Shown here one piece after another: positions 63,079 through 64,000 of a DNA stretch of 64,000 bases; position 1 is the stretch's first letter, and every line of letters begins with the position of its first letter. A program made the translations under genes and the position numbers. The DNA is from an uncultured Sulfurimonas sp. (GTDB taxonomy: Bacteria; Campylobacterota; Campylobacteria; Campylobacterales; Sulfurimonadaceae), in assembly GCA_964499805.1 (NCBI GenBank), contig CAZCMR010000004.1, positions 1,615 to 65,614 on the forward strand, read 5' to 3'. Below the pieces are notes generated by a model. That model saw nothing but the letters and a program-made list of their open reading frames with translations. It ran no database searches and was not told the origin of the DNA.

Positions 63079-64000
63079 TTACATACCAGGTATTCTTGGT
63101 ATTTTTCCCAGTTTGGAGTTACGACAGTACCAACCCCATCCTTTTTTGAGCCAGTGTCCAAAGATAGGCATCGGAATCATTTTACCGCCTTTGTTGTCAC
63201 GGTATACAAACGCAGCACCATCTCCACTGTCCATAACGCATAAGATATTGAGATGTGCCTGATACCCTTTTCTCTCTTGCGAACCTTTGTTCATCATATC
63301 AATATTAAATGCAGTATTTTTTGCCATTACTTCTGCAATATGACCCTGCTTAGCTCTCCAGTCCGGTCCTTCAAGAGCACAACTGTCACCTATGGCAAAG
63401 ACATTGTAGATACCCTCTTGTGTCTCTTGTGATTCATCAAAATTATGCACAACCTCACAGTAATCATTGATCTTGATAAGCCCTGCTTCATTAAGAGGCA
63501 GGTCACTGTTTGCAAAAACATCATGCCCGTTTCCTGCAGGGATGAACATTGTAAAATCAGAGAGTAGTTTTGAGTCGTCTTCAAAGATAATGCCATCTTC
63601 TTCAAATTTTGTTATTTTTTTACCAAAGTGAGTTTTGATATCTAATTTTTCAAAGAAAACACCCATCATCTTCAGTGCTTGTTTCCCCATTCTAGCACCC
63701 GGCTCTGCCATAGGTGCGAAGAAAGTAAGTTCAAAATTATCTCTGATGCCGAGTTTTTTCAGCTGGTTATGAAGATTGAAAAGTACTTCAAATGCCGGAC
63801 CGCCGCGAACATTGGAAGGATCTTTTGGATTACCGCCAAATCCCATCGCAATTTTTCCGCTTCCTTTTGCAATCAGTGCATCAATACGTTCTTTAATTTT
63901 CATGGAATCTTCAGGAACGCCACAGATTGATAAGAAGTGCTCACTTCCACTGTGCTTCATTTTACCAGAGCCCATAGCGACAATAAGATATTCGTACTCA
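63079..64000 (-). CDS. sqr: Sulfide:quinone oxidoreductase (SqrF-like), 5' end beyond the window
   Basis: SICG, RGGPAFE, FAIGD, AKQGHIA, LCVMD, amphipathic C-terminal helix; frame open to the window edge. Confidence 0.8.
   Translation of the reverse strand, partial: EYEYLIVAMGSGKMKHSGSEHFLSICGVPEDSMKIKERIDALIAKGSGKIAMGFGGNPKDPSNVRGGPAFEVLFNLHNQLKKLGIRDNFELTFFAPMAEPGARMGKQALKMMGVFFEKLDIKTHFGKKITKFEEDGIIFEDDSKLLSDFTMFIPAGNGHDVFANSDLPLNEAGLIKINDYCEVVHNFDESQETQEGIYNVFAIGDSCALEGPDWRAKQGHIAEVMAKNTAFNIDMMNKGSQERKGYQAHLNILCVMDSGDGAAFVYRDNKGGKMIPMPIFGHWLKKGWGWYCRNSKLGKIPRIPGM

Overview
This is a gene-dense, roughly 38% GC chromosomal window from a Campylobacterota bacterium, most likely Sulfurimonas-like. 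The assignment rests on mqnD-fliQ-murB / recA-eno-ftsB-AMIN and cdsA-dxr-tsaD synteny, Sqr, and many HQWRQPL-type kinases and chemoreceptors. It holds about 63 CDS: a metal-uptake operon, Cti, LapD/LapG with a CheB-CheR-PAS-kinase and a REC-HD-GYP protein, four MCPs, a Suv3-like helicase, a cobamide uptake/salvage cluster, housekeeping genes and a partial sqr. I saw no rRNA, tRNA, IS or CRISPR array. Five signals are not explained by the gene list. (1) A non-palindromic 8-mer, CTGCGTTT/AAACGCAG (consensus RCTGCGTTTR), occurs at least 55 times by manual count versus about 1.5 expected, in both orientations and all six reading frames; it resembles an undescribed DNA-uptake-sequence-like signal. 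(2) An unannotated 51-aa leader ORF ending NSPPAS plus a C-rich tract sits in front of btuB, where a B12 riboswitch would be expected. It parallels a CruR-like RAPP leader in front of the metal-uptake operon. (3) A ~100-nt RepG/CJnc190-like sRNA candidate carries two identical C/U loops. (4) At least nine genes appear leaderless. (5) A Tat-exported GNK-variant metallophosphoesterase heads the cobamide salvage genes. All counts and product calls were made by eye, without database searches.
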